Shown here in pieces: positions 37,700 through 45,646 of a stretch of DNA of 64,000 nucleotides. This DNA comes from an uncultured Acidimicrobiales bacterium. Its GTDB lineage: Bacteria; Actinomycetota; Acidimicrobiia; Acidimicrobiales; Bin134. A model generated the notes under the pieces. The model was not told where the DNA came from. It saw nothing but the letters and a program-made list of their open reading frames with translations, and ran no database searches. How positions within the stretch are numbered: position 1 is the first letter of the stretch; each line of letters opens with the position of its first letter. The stretch is taken from assembly GCA_951813555.1 (NCBI GenBank), contig OX638344.1, forward strand, positions 1,688,990 to 1,752,989, in the 5' to 3' direction. The position numbers were made by a program, and so were the translations under genes.

Positions 37700-38146
37700 A
37701 TGCCGGAGCGATTGAGGGCCGACTTGGTGCTGGAGTACCCGTTTACCCGCACAACTGGGCCGGTGATCGGCGGCTTCCTCACTGGCTTGCGTGAGGGAAT
37801 GATCCTCGGCATCCGCCGTTCTGACGGCACGGTGCTGTGTCCCCCCACCGAATACGACCCTGAGTCCTCTGAACCGCTGACCGATTTGGTGGAGGTTGGT
37901 CCCGGTGGCGAGGTGGTGAGCTGGACCTGGGTGGATCCGCCCCGATCTCAGTCCCCGTGGGATCAGCCCCACGGCTTGGGCTTGATCCAATTAGACGGGG
38001 CTGACACCCCTATTGTCCACGGACTGCTGGTGGAAGGCCCTAGTGAGTTGTCGGTGGGGATGCGGGTGACGGCCCGATGGCGGCCTGAGCGAGAGGGCCA
38101 CATCGCCGATCTTGAGGGTTTTGTGCCCGAGGGAGCAGTCCGATGA
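37700..38146 (+). CDS. DUF35 OB-fold/Zn-ribbon protein (split copy, N-half equivalent)
   Basis: LEYPFTRTTGPVIGGFLTGLREGMILGIRRSDGTVLCPPTEYDP aligns by eye with the N-terminal half of 2549..3586. Confidence 0.7.
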   Translation: MPERLRADLVLEYPFTRTTGPVIGGFLTGLREGMILGIRRSDGTVLCPPTEYDPESSEPLTDLVEVGPGGEVVSWTWVDPPRSQSPWDQPHGLGLIQLDGADTPIVHGLLVEGPSELSVGMRVTARWRPEREGHIADLEGFVPEGAVR

Positions 38147-38736
38147 GCACCGATCCGAGTGTTCCCCCTGCGGCGCTGGCGGGCGAGGTGCGCCTGCCCG
38201 AGAAGCTGGCCGATGTGGAGCCGGTGCGGTCGGTGCGCACCCCCATCCGACTGGAGTACGACTTCATCCCCGGCGATGCCTCATCCGGGTATCTGAATGC
38301 CTTTGCCGACCGCAAGATCCTCGGCCAGCGCTCTCCGGTGGACGGTGCGGTGTTCGTGCCCCCTCGAGGGGTAGATCCCCGCCACGGCGCGGCCACCCCC
38401 GACTATGTGGAGCTGCCCGACACCGGCCATGTGGGGGGCTTCTGTGTGACCCGTCTGCCCATTCCGGGCCGGGACGACTTGGAGATCCCCTACGTAAGCG
38501 CCTGGATCCACCTCGACGGCGCCGATATCGGCTTTCTGGGCCTAGTCGGCGGGATCGACACCTCCGAGGTGCGGATGGGCATGCGGGTGCGGGCGGTGTG
38601 GAAGCCCGATGACCAACTGGGCCGCACTGCGGAGAACATTCTGTACTGGGAACCCTCCGGCGAGCCCGACGTGCCCGTGACCGCAGCCGGCACCAATGCC
38701 TGGCACGCCAAGCAGGTGGCCAAGGAGCAGGGTTGA
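38143..38736 (+). CDS. DUF35 OB-fold/Zn-ribbon protein (split copy, C-half equivalent)
   Basis: An ATGA overlap joins it to the previous gene. FADRKILGQRSPVDGAVFVPPRGVD aligns with the C-terminal half of 2549..3586. Confidence 0.7.
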   Translation: MSTDPSVPPAALAGEVRLPEKLADVEPVRSVRTPIRLEYDFIPGDASSGYLNAFADRKILGQRSPVDGAVFVPPRGVDPRHGAATPDYVELPDTGHVGGFCVTRLPIPGRDDLEIPYVSAWIHLDGADIGFLGLVGGIDTSEVRMGMRVRAVWKPDDQLGRTAENILYWEPSGEPDVPVTAAGTNAWHAKQVAKEQG

Positions 38737-39791
38737 TGCGCGACATCGCCGTGGTGTCGGCGGCCCAGCACCAGCAGAAGGCCCTCACCCACACCACCGA
38801 AGTGGAGCTGATGGTGCCGCTGATCAACGAAGCCCGCGGCGCGGTGGGCTTGACCCAGGACGACATCGGATTTACCTGCTCGGGCAGCAGCGACTTTCTG
38901 GCCGGACAGGCGTTCTCATTCGTCCACACCCTGGACGCGGTGGGTGCGGTGCCGCCCATCAGCGAGAGCCATGTGGAGATGGACGGGGCCTGGGCCCTGT
39001 ACGAAGCATGGGTGAAGCTCCAGATCGGCGGGGTGGACACTGCGCTGGTGTATAGCTACGGCAAGTCGTCGCCCGGATCGCTGCGCGACGTGCTTTCCAC
39101 CCAGCTCGACCCCTACTACCTGGGACCGCTGTGGCCCGATGCCTTTGCCCTGGCTGCTCTCCAGGCCCGGATCATGCTGGAGTCGGGCGCGGTCAGCGAG
39201 CAGCGCCTGGCCGAGATCGCCGTCCGCAGCCTCAACGGCGCGGCCGACAACCCGCGGGCGGTGCGATCTTCTGCCGAGGCCACCATCGACAGCATTTTGG
39301 CCGAGGCACCCATCGCCGACCCGCTGCGGCCCAGCGACTGCGCCGCTTCAGCCGACGGAGGCGTGGCCGTGGTGCTGGCCGCCGGCGACCGGGCCCGAGA
39401 GCTGTGCGAACGCCCAGCGTGGATCAAGGGCATCGACCACCGAATCGATCCACACCAGCCGGGGGTGCGCGACCTGACCCGGGCGCCCAGTGCGCAAGTG
39501 GCCGCGGCCCAGGCCGGGGCGGGCGACGACCGCTTGGACGCCGCGGAGCTGGCCGCTCCGTTCACCACCCAAGAGCACATCTTGGAGCTTGAGCTGGGGC
39601 TGGGAGCCGACACTGCCGTAAACGCCAACGGCGGGGCACTGGCCGGCCACACCATGATGGCCGCCGGGCTCATGCGCATCGCCGATGCCGCGGCCCATAT
39701 CCACGACGAGCGGGCCGACCGGGTGCTGGGCCACGCCGCGTCGGGCTTGTACCTCCAGCAGAATCTGGTGTGCGTCATGGAGGGGGAGTGA
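38733..39791 (+). CDS. Thiolase-fold Ltp-like protein, subunit 1 (paralog of 3580..4647)
   Basis: SESHVEMDGAWALYEAWVKLQIGGVDTALV parallels ESHVEMDGAWALFEGFVRLQSGDIDTVLV in the first module. Confidence 0.7.
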   Translation: MMRDIAVVSAAQHQQKALTHTTEVELMVPLINEARGAVGLTQDDIGFTCSGSSDFLAGQAFSFVHTLDAVGAVPPISESHVEMDGAWALYEAWVKLQIGGVDTALVYSYGKSSPGSLRDVLSTQLDPYYLGPLWPDAFALAALQARIMLESGAVSEQRLAEIAVRSLNGAADNPRAVRSSAEATIDSILAEAPIADPLRPSDCAASADGGVAVVLAAGDRARELCERPAWIKGIDHRIDPHQPGVRDLTRAPSAQVAAAQAGAGDDRLDAAELAAPFTTQEHILELELGLGADTAVNANGGALAGHTMMAAGLMRIADAAAHIHDERADRVLGHAASGLYLQQNLVCVMEGE

Positions 39792-40957
39792 TGGCCGAGC
39801 GCACCGCAGTGCTGGGGGTTGGCCAGACCAAGTACCAAACCACCCGGGGCGACGTGTCGCTGCCCGGCCTGGTGCGGGAGGCCGCCTATCGGGCGCTGGA
39901 GGACGCCGAACTGGGCTGGGACGACATCGACGCCGTGGTGGTGGGCAAGGCCCCCGACTTTTTCGAAGGAGTCATGCAGCCCGAGCTGTACTTGGCTGAG
40001 GCGCTGGGAGCGGTGGGCAAGCCTCTGTTGCGGGTCCACACCGCGGGATCGGTGGGCGGGTCTACCGCAGTGGTGGCCGCCTCACTGGTGCAAGCCGGCA
40101 TTCACCGCCGGGTGCTGACCCTGGGATTCGAGAAGCAGTCGGAGTCCAATGCCACCTGGGCGCTGTCTTTGCCCCAACCGTTCTCGGTATCGATCAACGC
40201 CGGGGCCGGCGGCTACTTCTCGCCCATCATCCGCCAGTACATGGCCCGCACTGATGCCCCCGAGCTGATCGGCTGCATGGTGGCGTTCAAAGACCGCCAG
40301 CACGCGCTGCGCAACCCGTATGCCCACCTGCAACAGAAGGAACTGACCTTCGACCAGGTGGTGGAGTCGCCCATGCTGTGGGAGCCGATCCGGTTTTCTG
40401 AGACCTGTCCGTCATCAGATGGTGCCTGCGCGCTGGTGTTGGGCGACGAGGCCGCCGGGGATGTCTCGACCAAGCCGGTGGCCTGGATCCACGGCACGGC
40501 CTTGCGCAGTGAGGCCAACAACTTCCCCGGGCGCGACGAGGTGAACCCCCAGGCCAGCCGGGACTGCGCCGACGATGTATTCGCCCAAGCGGGCATAGTC
40601 GACCGCCGGGCTGAGATCGACGCGGTGGAGATCTACGTGCCGTTCTCGTGGTACGAGCCCATGTGGCTGGAGAGCCTGGGGTTCTGTGAGATCGGCGACG
40701 GTTGGAAGCTGGTGGAGGAAGGCGCCACCCACCTCGACGGCGGGGACCTGCCAGTGAACTGCTCGGGCGGAGTGCTCTCGTCCAACCCGATTGGGGCCTC
40801 GGGCATGATCCGCTTCGCCGAGGCCGCCCTCCAGGTTCGGGGCATGGCCGGCGATCACCAGGTGGACGGTGCCCGCAAAGCCCTCGGCCACGCCTACGGC
40901 GGCGGTGCCCAGTACTACGCCATGTGGATAGTGGGCGCCGACAAGCCCACCTCCTGA
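39791..40957 (+). CDS. Thiolase-fold Ltp-like protein, subunit 2 (paralog of 4647..5804)
   Basis: MAERTAVLGVGQTKYQTTRGD is the N-terminus, and a TGATG overlap joins it to the upstream gene. VHTAGSVGGSTA and GGVLSSNPIGASGMIRF are shared with the paralog. Confidence 0.75.
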   Translation: MAERTAVLGVGQTKYQTTRGDVSLPGLVREAAYRALEDAELGWDDIDAVVVGKAPDFFEGVMQPELYLAEALGAVGKPLLRVHTAGSVGGSTAVVAASLVQAGIHRRVLTLGFEKQSESNATWALSLPQPFSVSINAGAGGYFSPIIRQYMARTDAPELIGCMVAFKDRQHALRNPYAHLQQKELTFDQVVESPMLWEPIRFSETCPSSDGACALVLGDEAAGDVSTKPVAWIHGTALRSEANNFPGRDEVNPQASRDCADDVFAQAGIVDRRAEIDAVEIYVPFSWYEPMWLESLGFCEIGDGWKLVEEGATHLDGGDLPVNCSGGVLSSNPIGASGMIRFAEAALQVRGMAGDHQVDGARKALGHAYGGGAQYYAMWIVGADKPTS

Positions 40958-40967
40958 CAATGGCGGC

Positions 40968-41050
40968 GCGCGCGTCCGGGCGGCGGGTCCTGTCGCCGGG
41001 GCGGCTCGGCGCGCGGTGGCGCCGAGTCCTAGCCCCGACGCCACCCACCG
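40968..41050 (+). repeat. Structured GC-rich intergenic repeat, copy A
   Basis: The 65-nt core at 40984..41048 differs at only 2 positions from 51552..51616. It contains the inverted repeat CTCGGCGC-N6-GCGCCGAG. Confidence 0.8.
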
Positions 41051-41076
41051 CCCTCGGGGGTTACTGTCAGTGGAGT

Positions 41077-41412
41077 ATGCGGGGCTTGTCGCTTTTGCTG
41101 GTGTTGGCTCTTCTGTTACCGGCGTGCAGCAGCGAGGACAAGGGCGACTTCGTGGCCTTTTGCGAGCTGGCGACCGAGGGCGTGGGTATGCGACCGGCCA
41201 ATAACGAAGATGATCTCGCTCAGTTGGATGCCCTAGAAGAAGCCGCCCCACCCGAGATCCGCGATGCGGCCACCACCGTGGCCAACGCCTCCCGAGAGAT
41301 CGAAGAGATCGAAAGCCTCCGCGAGCTCTTCCGCAAAGCCTTCGCCCTAGAAGAAGCCGTAGCCACCGCCCGCCAAGAAATCCGCACCTACACCCAGCAC
41401 CACTGCCTCTGA
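41077..41412 (+). CDS. Small lipoprotein (111 aa)
   Basis: The signal peptide MRGLSLLLVLALLLPAC carries a lipobox (LLPAC). It lies within long ORF 40702..41412. Confidence 0.6.
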   Translation: MRGLSLLLVLALLLPACSSEDKGDFVAFCELATEGVGMRPANNEDDLAQLDALEEAAPPEIRDAATTVANASREIEEIESLRELFRKAFALEEAVATARQEIRTYTQHHCL

Positions 41413-41492
41413 CAGACGTTCGGCCCGATGGTGACGGGGTGGGGGTTGGTTGAGTAGGGTCGGGGTGTCTTTTTGGGAGATGGGAGGATCCG

Positions 41493-41693
41493 ATGGGATA
41501 CCGGGTGGTCGTGGACTACGACCTGTGCGAGAGCAACGCCATTTGCATGCAGGTCGCTCCTGATGTTTTCGAAGTGCGCGACGACGACTTCTTGTACCTG
41601 CTGAACGAGACCCCGGGGGATGAGGCCCGCGAGCGAGTGAACGAATCGGTCCAGCGCTGCCCCAAACAAGCCATCTCCGTCGCCGAGGAGTAA
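41493..41693 (+). CDS. Small ferredoxin (single-cluster, P450-associated type)
   Basis: VDYDLCESNAICMQVAPDVFEV...RCPKQAI is a typical 3Fe-4S/4Fe-4S ferredoxin of about 65 aa. Confidence 0.8.
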   Translation: MGYRVVVDYDLCESNAICMQVAPDVFEVRDDDFLYLLNETPGDEARERVNESVQRCPKQAISVAEE

Positions 41694-41700
41694 TCGCCCG

Positions 41701-42900
41701 CTGCGCTCTTTAGCAATTGTAGGAGCGTCGCTAGCCGGAACCCGGGCCGCGGAGACGCTGCGACGAGACGGATTTGACGGGGCCATCACCATCATCGGCG
41801 ATGAGCCCCACCAGCCCTACGACCGGCCTCCCCTTTCCAAACAGGTCCTCGCCGGAGAGTGGGAGCTAGACCGCATCGCGCTGTCCGACGATGAATCGCT
41901 TCAGGGCCTAGAGGCCGACTGGAGACTGGGCCGACGGGCCGCGAGCCTCGATGTCGCTAGCCGAACTGTCACCCTCGACGACGGCTCTATGGTCGCTGCC
42001 GACGGCATCCTCATCGCCACCGGAGCCCGTTGCCGGGAGCTGCCCACCGACGGCCTCGACGGCATCTACACCTTGCGGGGCCTCGACGACTGCCTGGCCA
42101 TCCGAGCCGAGCTGGAGGCCACTCCCCAGCGAGTGGTGGTGGTAGGGGCCGGTTTCATTGGTGCCGAGGTGGCTGCCACCGCCCGGGAGCGGGGCCTGGA
42201 GGTCACCGTGATTGAGGCCCTGCCCGTGCCGCTGGGCCGGATCTTGGGCACCGAGGTGGGCACAGTTTGCGCCGAGGTCCACCGGGACCACGGGGTGGAC
42301 CTGCGCTTAGGGGTGGGGGTCGACGGCTTCGACGGCCACGACCGGGTGGAGCGGGTGAACTTGAGCGACGGCACTTCGGTGGACGCCGACGTGGTGGTGG
42401 TGGGCATCGGGGTCATCCCCAACACGGAATGGTTGGAAGGCTCAGGCCTGGAGTTGGACAACGGGGTGGTGTGCGACGAGACCTGCCTGGCCGCAGCCGG
42501 CATTGCCGCCGCCGGCGACGTGGCCCGCTGGCCCAACCGCCTGTTCGGCGAGACCATGAGGGTCGAGCACTGGGACAACGCCATCGAGCAAGGCCAGCAC
42601 GCAGCCCGCCGCCTGCTGGCTTCCGACGGCGAGGCCCAGCCCTACACCCCGGTGCCGTGGTTCTGGAGCGACCAGTACGACCGCAAGATCCAGCTGGCCG
42701 GCCGGGCCCGGCCCGACGACGAGGTGCGCATCATCACCGGATCAACCGAAGAGCGGCGCTTTGCCGCCCTCTACGGCCGGGCGGGCCGCCTGGTCGGCGT
42801 GCTCGGATTCAACCGACCCCGCCATGTGATGAAGTACCGCAACCTCATCGAGCAGGGCACCAGCTTCGACGAGGCGATCAAAATCGCCGAGCAGGAATAG
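41701..42900 (+). CDS. Ferredoxin-NAD(P)+ reductase (FAD-dependent pyridine nucleotide-disulfide oxidoreductase), non-canonical start
   Basis: The track ORF 41989..42900 lacks the FAD Rossmann fold. The same frame is open from 41641 and encodes LRSLAIVGASLAGTRAAETLRRDGFDGAITIIGDEPHQPYDRPPLSK. There is no in-frame ATG, GTG or TTG before 41989. CTG 41701 lies 10 nt after GAGGAG. Confidence 0.65.
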   Translation: MRSLAIVGASLAGTRAAETLRRDGFDGAITIIGDEPHQPYDRPPLSKQVLAGEWELDRIALSDDESLQGLEADWRLGRRAASLDVASRTVTLDDGSMVAADGILIATGARCRELPTDGLDGIYTLRGLDDCLAIRAELEATPQRVVVVGAGFIGAEVAATARERGLEVTVIEALPVPLGRILGTEVGTVCAEVHRDHGVDLRLGVGVDGFDGHDRVERVNLSDGTSVDADVVVVGIGVIPNTEWLEGSGLELDNGVVCDETCLAAAGIAAAGDVARWPNRLFGETMRVEHWDNAIEQGQHAARRLLASDGEAQPYTPVPWFWSDQYDRKIQLAGRARPDDEVRIITGSTEERRFAALYGRAGRLVGVLGFNRPRHVMKYRNLIEQGTSFDEAIKIAEQE

Positions 42901-42967
42901 CCATGCGCGGCTGCGAGTTTCGAAGACGCGCTGGCGGTGGCAGAGCAAAGCGAATAAGAGTGGGGGC

Positions 42968-43762
42968 ATGGGTACTCCCGGGGAGTTCCCCATCAGCGAG
43001 CTTGTAGCCCGCACTGGAGTCCCGGCTGCCTCCATCCACCACTACCGGCGGCTGGGCCTTCTGCCCGCGCCCCGCCGGGCCGCCGCCAACCGCTTCCTCT
43101 ACAGCCAGCGCCATGCCGAAGCAGTAGAGCAGATCAGGGAACTGCGAGAGCGCCACCGCTTGCCGTTGCGCCATATCGCCCAGATCATGAACGCCGAGAA
43201 CCCCGATCACGCTGAAGTGGCCAATTTGGCTGACAGCGGCGAGCAGCTTCGGGACGTGGCCATTCAGGAGTTCGCCCTCAGGGGCTACACCGAGGTGAGC
43301 GTGTCCGACATCTGCACTCAAGCTGGTGTGGCCAAGGGGACCTTCTACCGCCACTACCGCTCCAAGCAGGATTTGTTCTTCCGAGCGGTGGAGGCGGTGG
43401 TGGACAACACCGCGGAAGAATTCGCCGCCTCGATCGACGGCCAGGCCGGGTTGAGCCGGCAAGAGCTCACCCGCCGCCTGGCTGAATCGCTCCTGCCTGG
43501 CCTGCCCATCATGCTGGAAGTGGCCAAGCGCTCGGTGCAGGGCCAGGTGGAGCATGCCGCCGCCGCCCAGCGGGTGTTCTGGCGGCTGGCCGAGCGACTT
43601 GGGGAGGCTCTGTCCGACGATCCCCGGGGACATCGGCTCGCCGGGGCCCTCATCATGGACGCCATCGCCCACATTTTCGCCGAGAGCCTCATGGGTCGAT
43701 TCGCCGATCGTCCCACCCTTGACGACTCCGAAACTGTCAATGCCTTGACAGCCCCGGATTGA
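42968..43762 (+). CDS. Dual-HTH regulator: N-terminal MerR-type HTH fused to TetR-type HTH/ligand domain
   Basis: FPISELVARTGVPAASIHHYRRLGLL is MerR-like. AIQEFALRGYTEVSVSDICTQAGVAKGTFYRHYRSKQDLF is TetR-like. Confidence 0.65.
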   Translation: MGTPGEFPISELVARTGVPAASIHHYRRLGLLPAPRRAAANRFLYSQRHAEAVEQIRELRERHRLPLRHIAQIMNAENPDHAEVANLADSGEQLRDVAIQEFALRGYTEVSVSDICTQAGVAKGTFYRHYRSKQDLFFRAVEAVVDNTAEEFAASIDGQAGLSRQELTRRLAESLLPGLPIMLEVAKRSVQGQVEHAAAAQRVFWRLAERLGEALSDDPRGHRLAGALIMDAIAHIFAESLMGRFADRPTLDDSETVNALTAPD

Positions 43763-43770
43763 GCGCGTAC

Positions 43771-43803
43771 AAAAAGGTGACCTGATGGTCACCCTTTTGT
43801 TTG
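43771..43803 (+). terminator. Rho-independent terminator candidate (bidirectional)
   Basis: The structure is AAAAA-GGTGACC-TGAT-GGTCACC-CTTTTGTTTG: a perfect 7-bp stem with a 4-nt loop, an upstream A-tract and a downstream T-tract. It lies 9 nt after the regulator stop. Confidence 0.55.
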
Positions 43804-43892
43804 CAATTGGGTAACGATTGTCAGGATATTGTCAAGAATTGCCCGGCTAGCTCGTTGACCAGCGGGTTAGCCCAGAAAGCAGCGGGGGCGTT

Positions 43893-44795
43893 GTGCAGAC
43901 AGAAGTCGGGTTCGACTTGAACTCGATCATGACCCAGAGGGGAGGCGAGAACTTCCCGGTTGTGCTGCGAGCTGTCCCGGCGCGCCCCCGGGCCCATCTG
44001 CTGGCTGTCTACGGCTTCGCCCGACTGGTGGACGACATCGGTGACGAATACGAAGGCGATCGCTTGGCCGCATTGGATTGGATCCAAGAGGAGCTCCTAC
44101 GAGCGCGCGCCGACGACGCCACCCATCCGGTCATGGTGCGGCTCCAACCGCTCCTCGGCGACCTGGATGTCGACGACGAGCCGTTCTTGGCGCTGATCGA
44201 GGCCAATCGGCTGGATCAGCGCAAGCACCGCTATCAGACTCAGGCCGAATTGGCCGAGTACTGCATGTTGTCGGCCAACCCCGTGGGGCGGCTGGTGCTG
44301 GCGATTTTCGAATCGGCCACCGCAGAGCGCATCGCCCTGAGCGATGCGGTGTGCACCGGCCTGCAATTGATAGAGCATCTTCAGGACATCCGGGAGGACT
44401 ACGTCGAAAAGGGCCGCATCTATTTCCCGGCCGATGAGATGGCCCGTTTCAGCGTGGAGGAGGACGATCTTGCCGCGGCCCGGGCAGCGGAGCAGCTCCG
44501 CCGCCTGGTGGCCCACCAGTGCGACACTGCCCGCGGGCTGCTGAGCCGAGGCGACTCGCTGGTGGCCTCTCTCAGCGGGTGGGCCAAGGTGACGGTGGCC
44601 GGCTATGCCGCGGGCGGATTTGCCGCCTTGGATGCCATCGCCGGGGCCGACTACGACGTGCTGGCAAAGCTGCGGACCCCTACAAAGGTTCGCACCGCGG
44701 CTCATGCGATTCGGCTGGTTGCCCCCCGCGAGGTGACTGATGCCAAACCGGTTCGCGCCGCGCGGGACGCCGCGGCCCGCTGGAGGCGACAGTGA
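43893..44795 (+). CDS. hpnC: Hydroxysqualene synthase HpnC (squalene/phytoene synthase family)
   Basis: ENFPVVLRAVPARPRAHLLAVYGFARLVDDIGDE is typical of HpnC. The start is GTG 43893 or ATG 43929. Confidence 0.75.
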   Translation: MQTEVGFDLNSIMTQRGGENFPVVLRAVPARPRAHLLAVYGFARLVDDIGDEYEGDRLAALDWIQEELLRARADDATHPVMVRLQPLLGDLDVDDEPFLALIEANRLDQRKHRYQTQAELAEYCMLSANPVGRLVLAIFESATAERIALSDAVCTGLQLIEHLQDIREDYVEKGRIYFPADEMARFSVEEDDLAAARAAEQLRRLVAHQCDTARGLLSRGDSLVASLSGWAKVTVAGYAAGGFAALDAIAGADYDVLAKLRTPTKVRTAAHAIRLVAPREVTDAKPVRAARDAAARWRRQ

Positions 44796-45646
44796 GGACA
44801 GCCGACGCCTATCAGCGATGCGAGGAGATCACCCGGACCGAGGCCCGCAACTTCTCCTACGGCATCCGGCTGTTGCCCAAGCCCAAGCGACTGGCCATGT
44901 CCGCGCTGTACGCCATGGCCCGGCGCATCGACGACGTGGGCGACGGCCCGCTTCCCCAGGACGAAAAACTTGCCCAACTGGCCGAGCTGCGGGCCGACAT
45001 CGACACCCTGGCCGACGGCGGTCTCAGTGACCCGGAAGATCCGGTGCTGGTGGGACTCCGCCACGCCATCGACCGGTTCCCCATCCCGGTGGCCGCCCTG
45101 AATGAGATCGTCGACGGGTGCGAGCAGGACGCCGTGGGGACGGTGTACACCACCATCGAAGAGACGGAGCATTATTGCCGGCTGGTGGCCGGATCGGTGG
45201 GCCGCCTGTCGCTGGGGGTGTTCGGCAGCACTGGTGATGCCGACGAGGCCGCGGAGCTGGCCGACGTGCTGGGCGTAGGCCTCCAGCTCACCAACATCCT
45301 GCGCGACATCGTGGAGGACCGGGGCATGGGCCGGGTCTACCTGCCATCGGCTGATATCGAGGAGTTCGGCTGCGCCCCGGACCTGACCGGGCCGACCGAC
45401 GCGGTGGGCGCACTGGTGTCGTTCGAGGCCGAGCGGGCTGAGAGGCGGTTCGCCGAGGGACTGAAGCTGCTCAAGATGCTGGACCATCGTAGCCGGGCCT
45501 GTACCGGGGCGATGGCTGGGATCTATCACCGGCTGCTGTCCCGCATTGCCGATGCTCCCACCGCCGTGCTGGAGGGGCGGATGTCGGTGCCCACCAGGGA
45601 AAAAGCTTGGGTGGCCGTCCGCAGCTTGGCAGGAGTCGCCCCATGA
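44792..45646 (+). CDS. hpnD: Presqualene diphosphate synthase HpnD
   Basis: YQRCEEITRTEARNFSYGIRLLPKPKRLAMSALYAMARRIDDVGD fits HpnD. A GTGA overlap joins it to hpnC. Confidence 0.75.
   Translation: MRTADAYQRCEEITRTEARNFSYGIRLLPKPKRLAMSALYAMARRIDDVGDGPLPQDEKLAQLAELRADIDTLADGGLSDPEDPVLVGLRHAIDRFPIPVAALNEIVDGCEQDAVGTVYTTIEETEHYCRLVAGSVGRLSLGVFGSTGDADEAAELADVLGVGLQLTNILRDIVEDRGMGRVYLPSADIEEFGCAPDLTGPTDAVGALVSFEAERAERRFAEGLKLLKMLDHRSRACTGAMAGIYHRLLSRIADAPTAVLEGRMSVPTREKAWVAVRSLAGVAP

Noticed and set aside
43821-44087. An 88-aa minus-strand ORF overlapping the hpnC start.
   Set aside because: It is antisense to the hpnC N-terminus, which carries the family-defining ENFPV...DDIGDE motifs.
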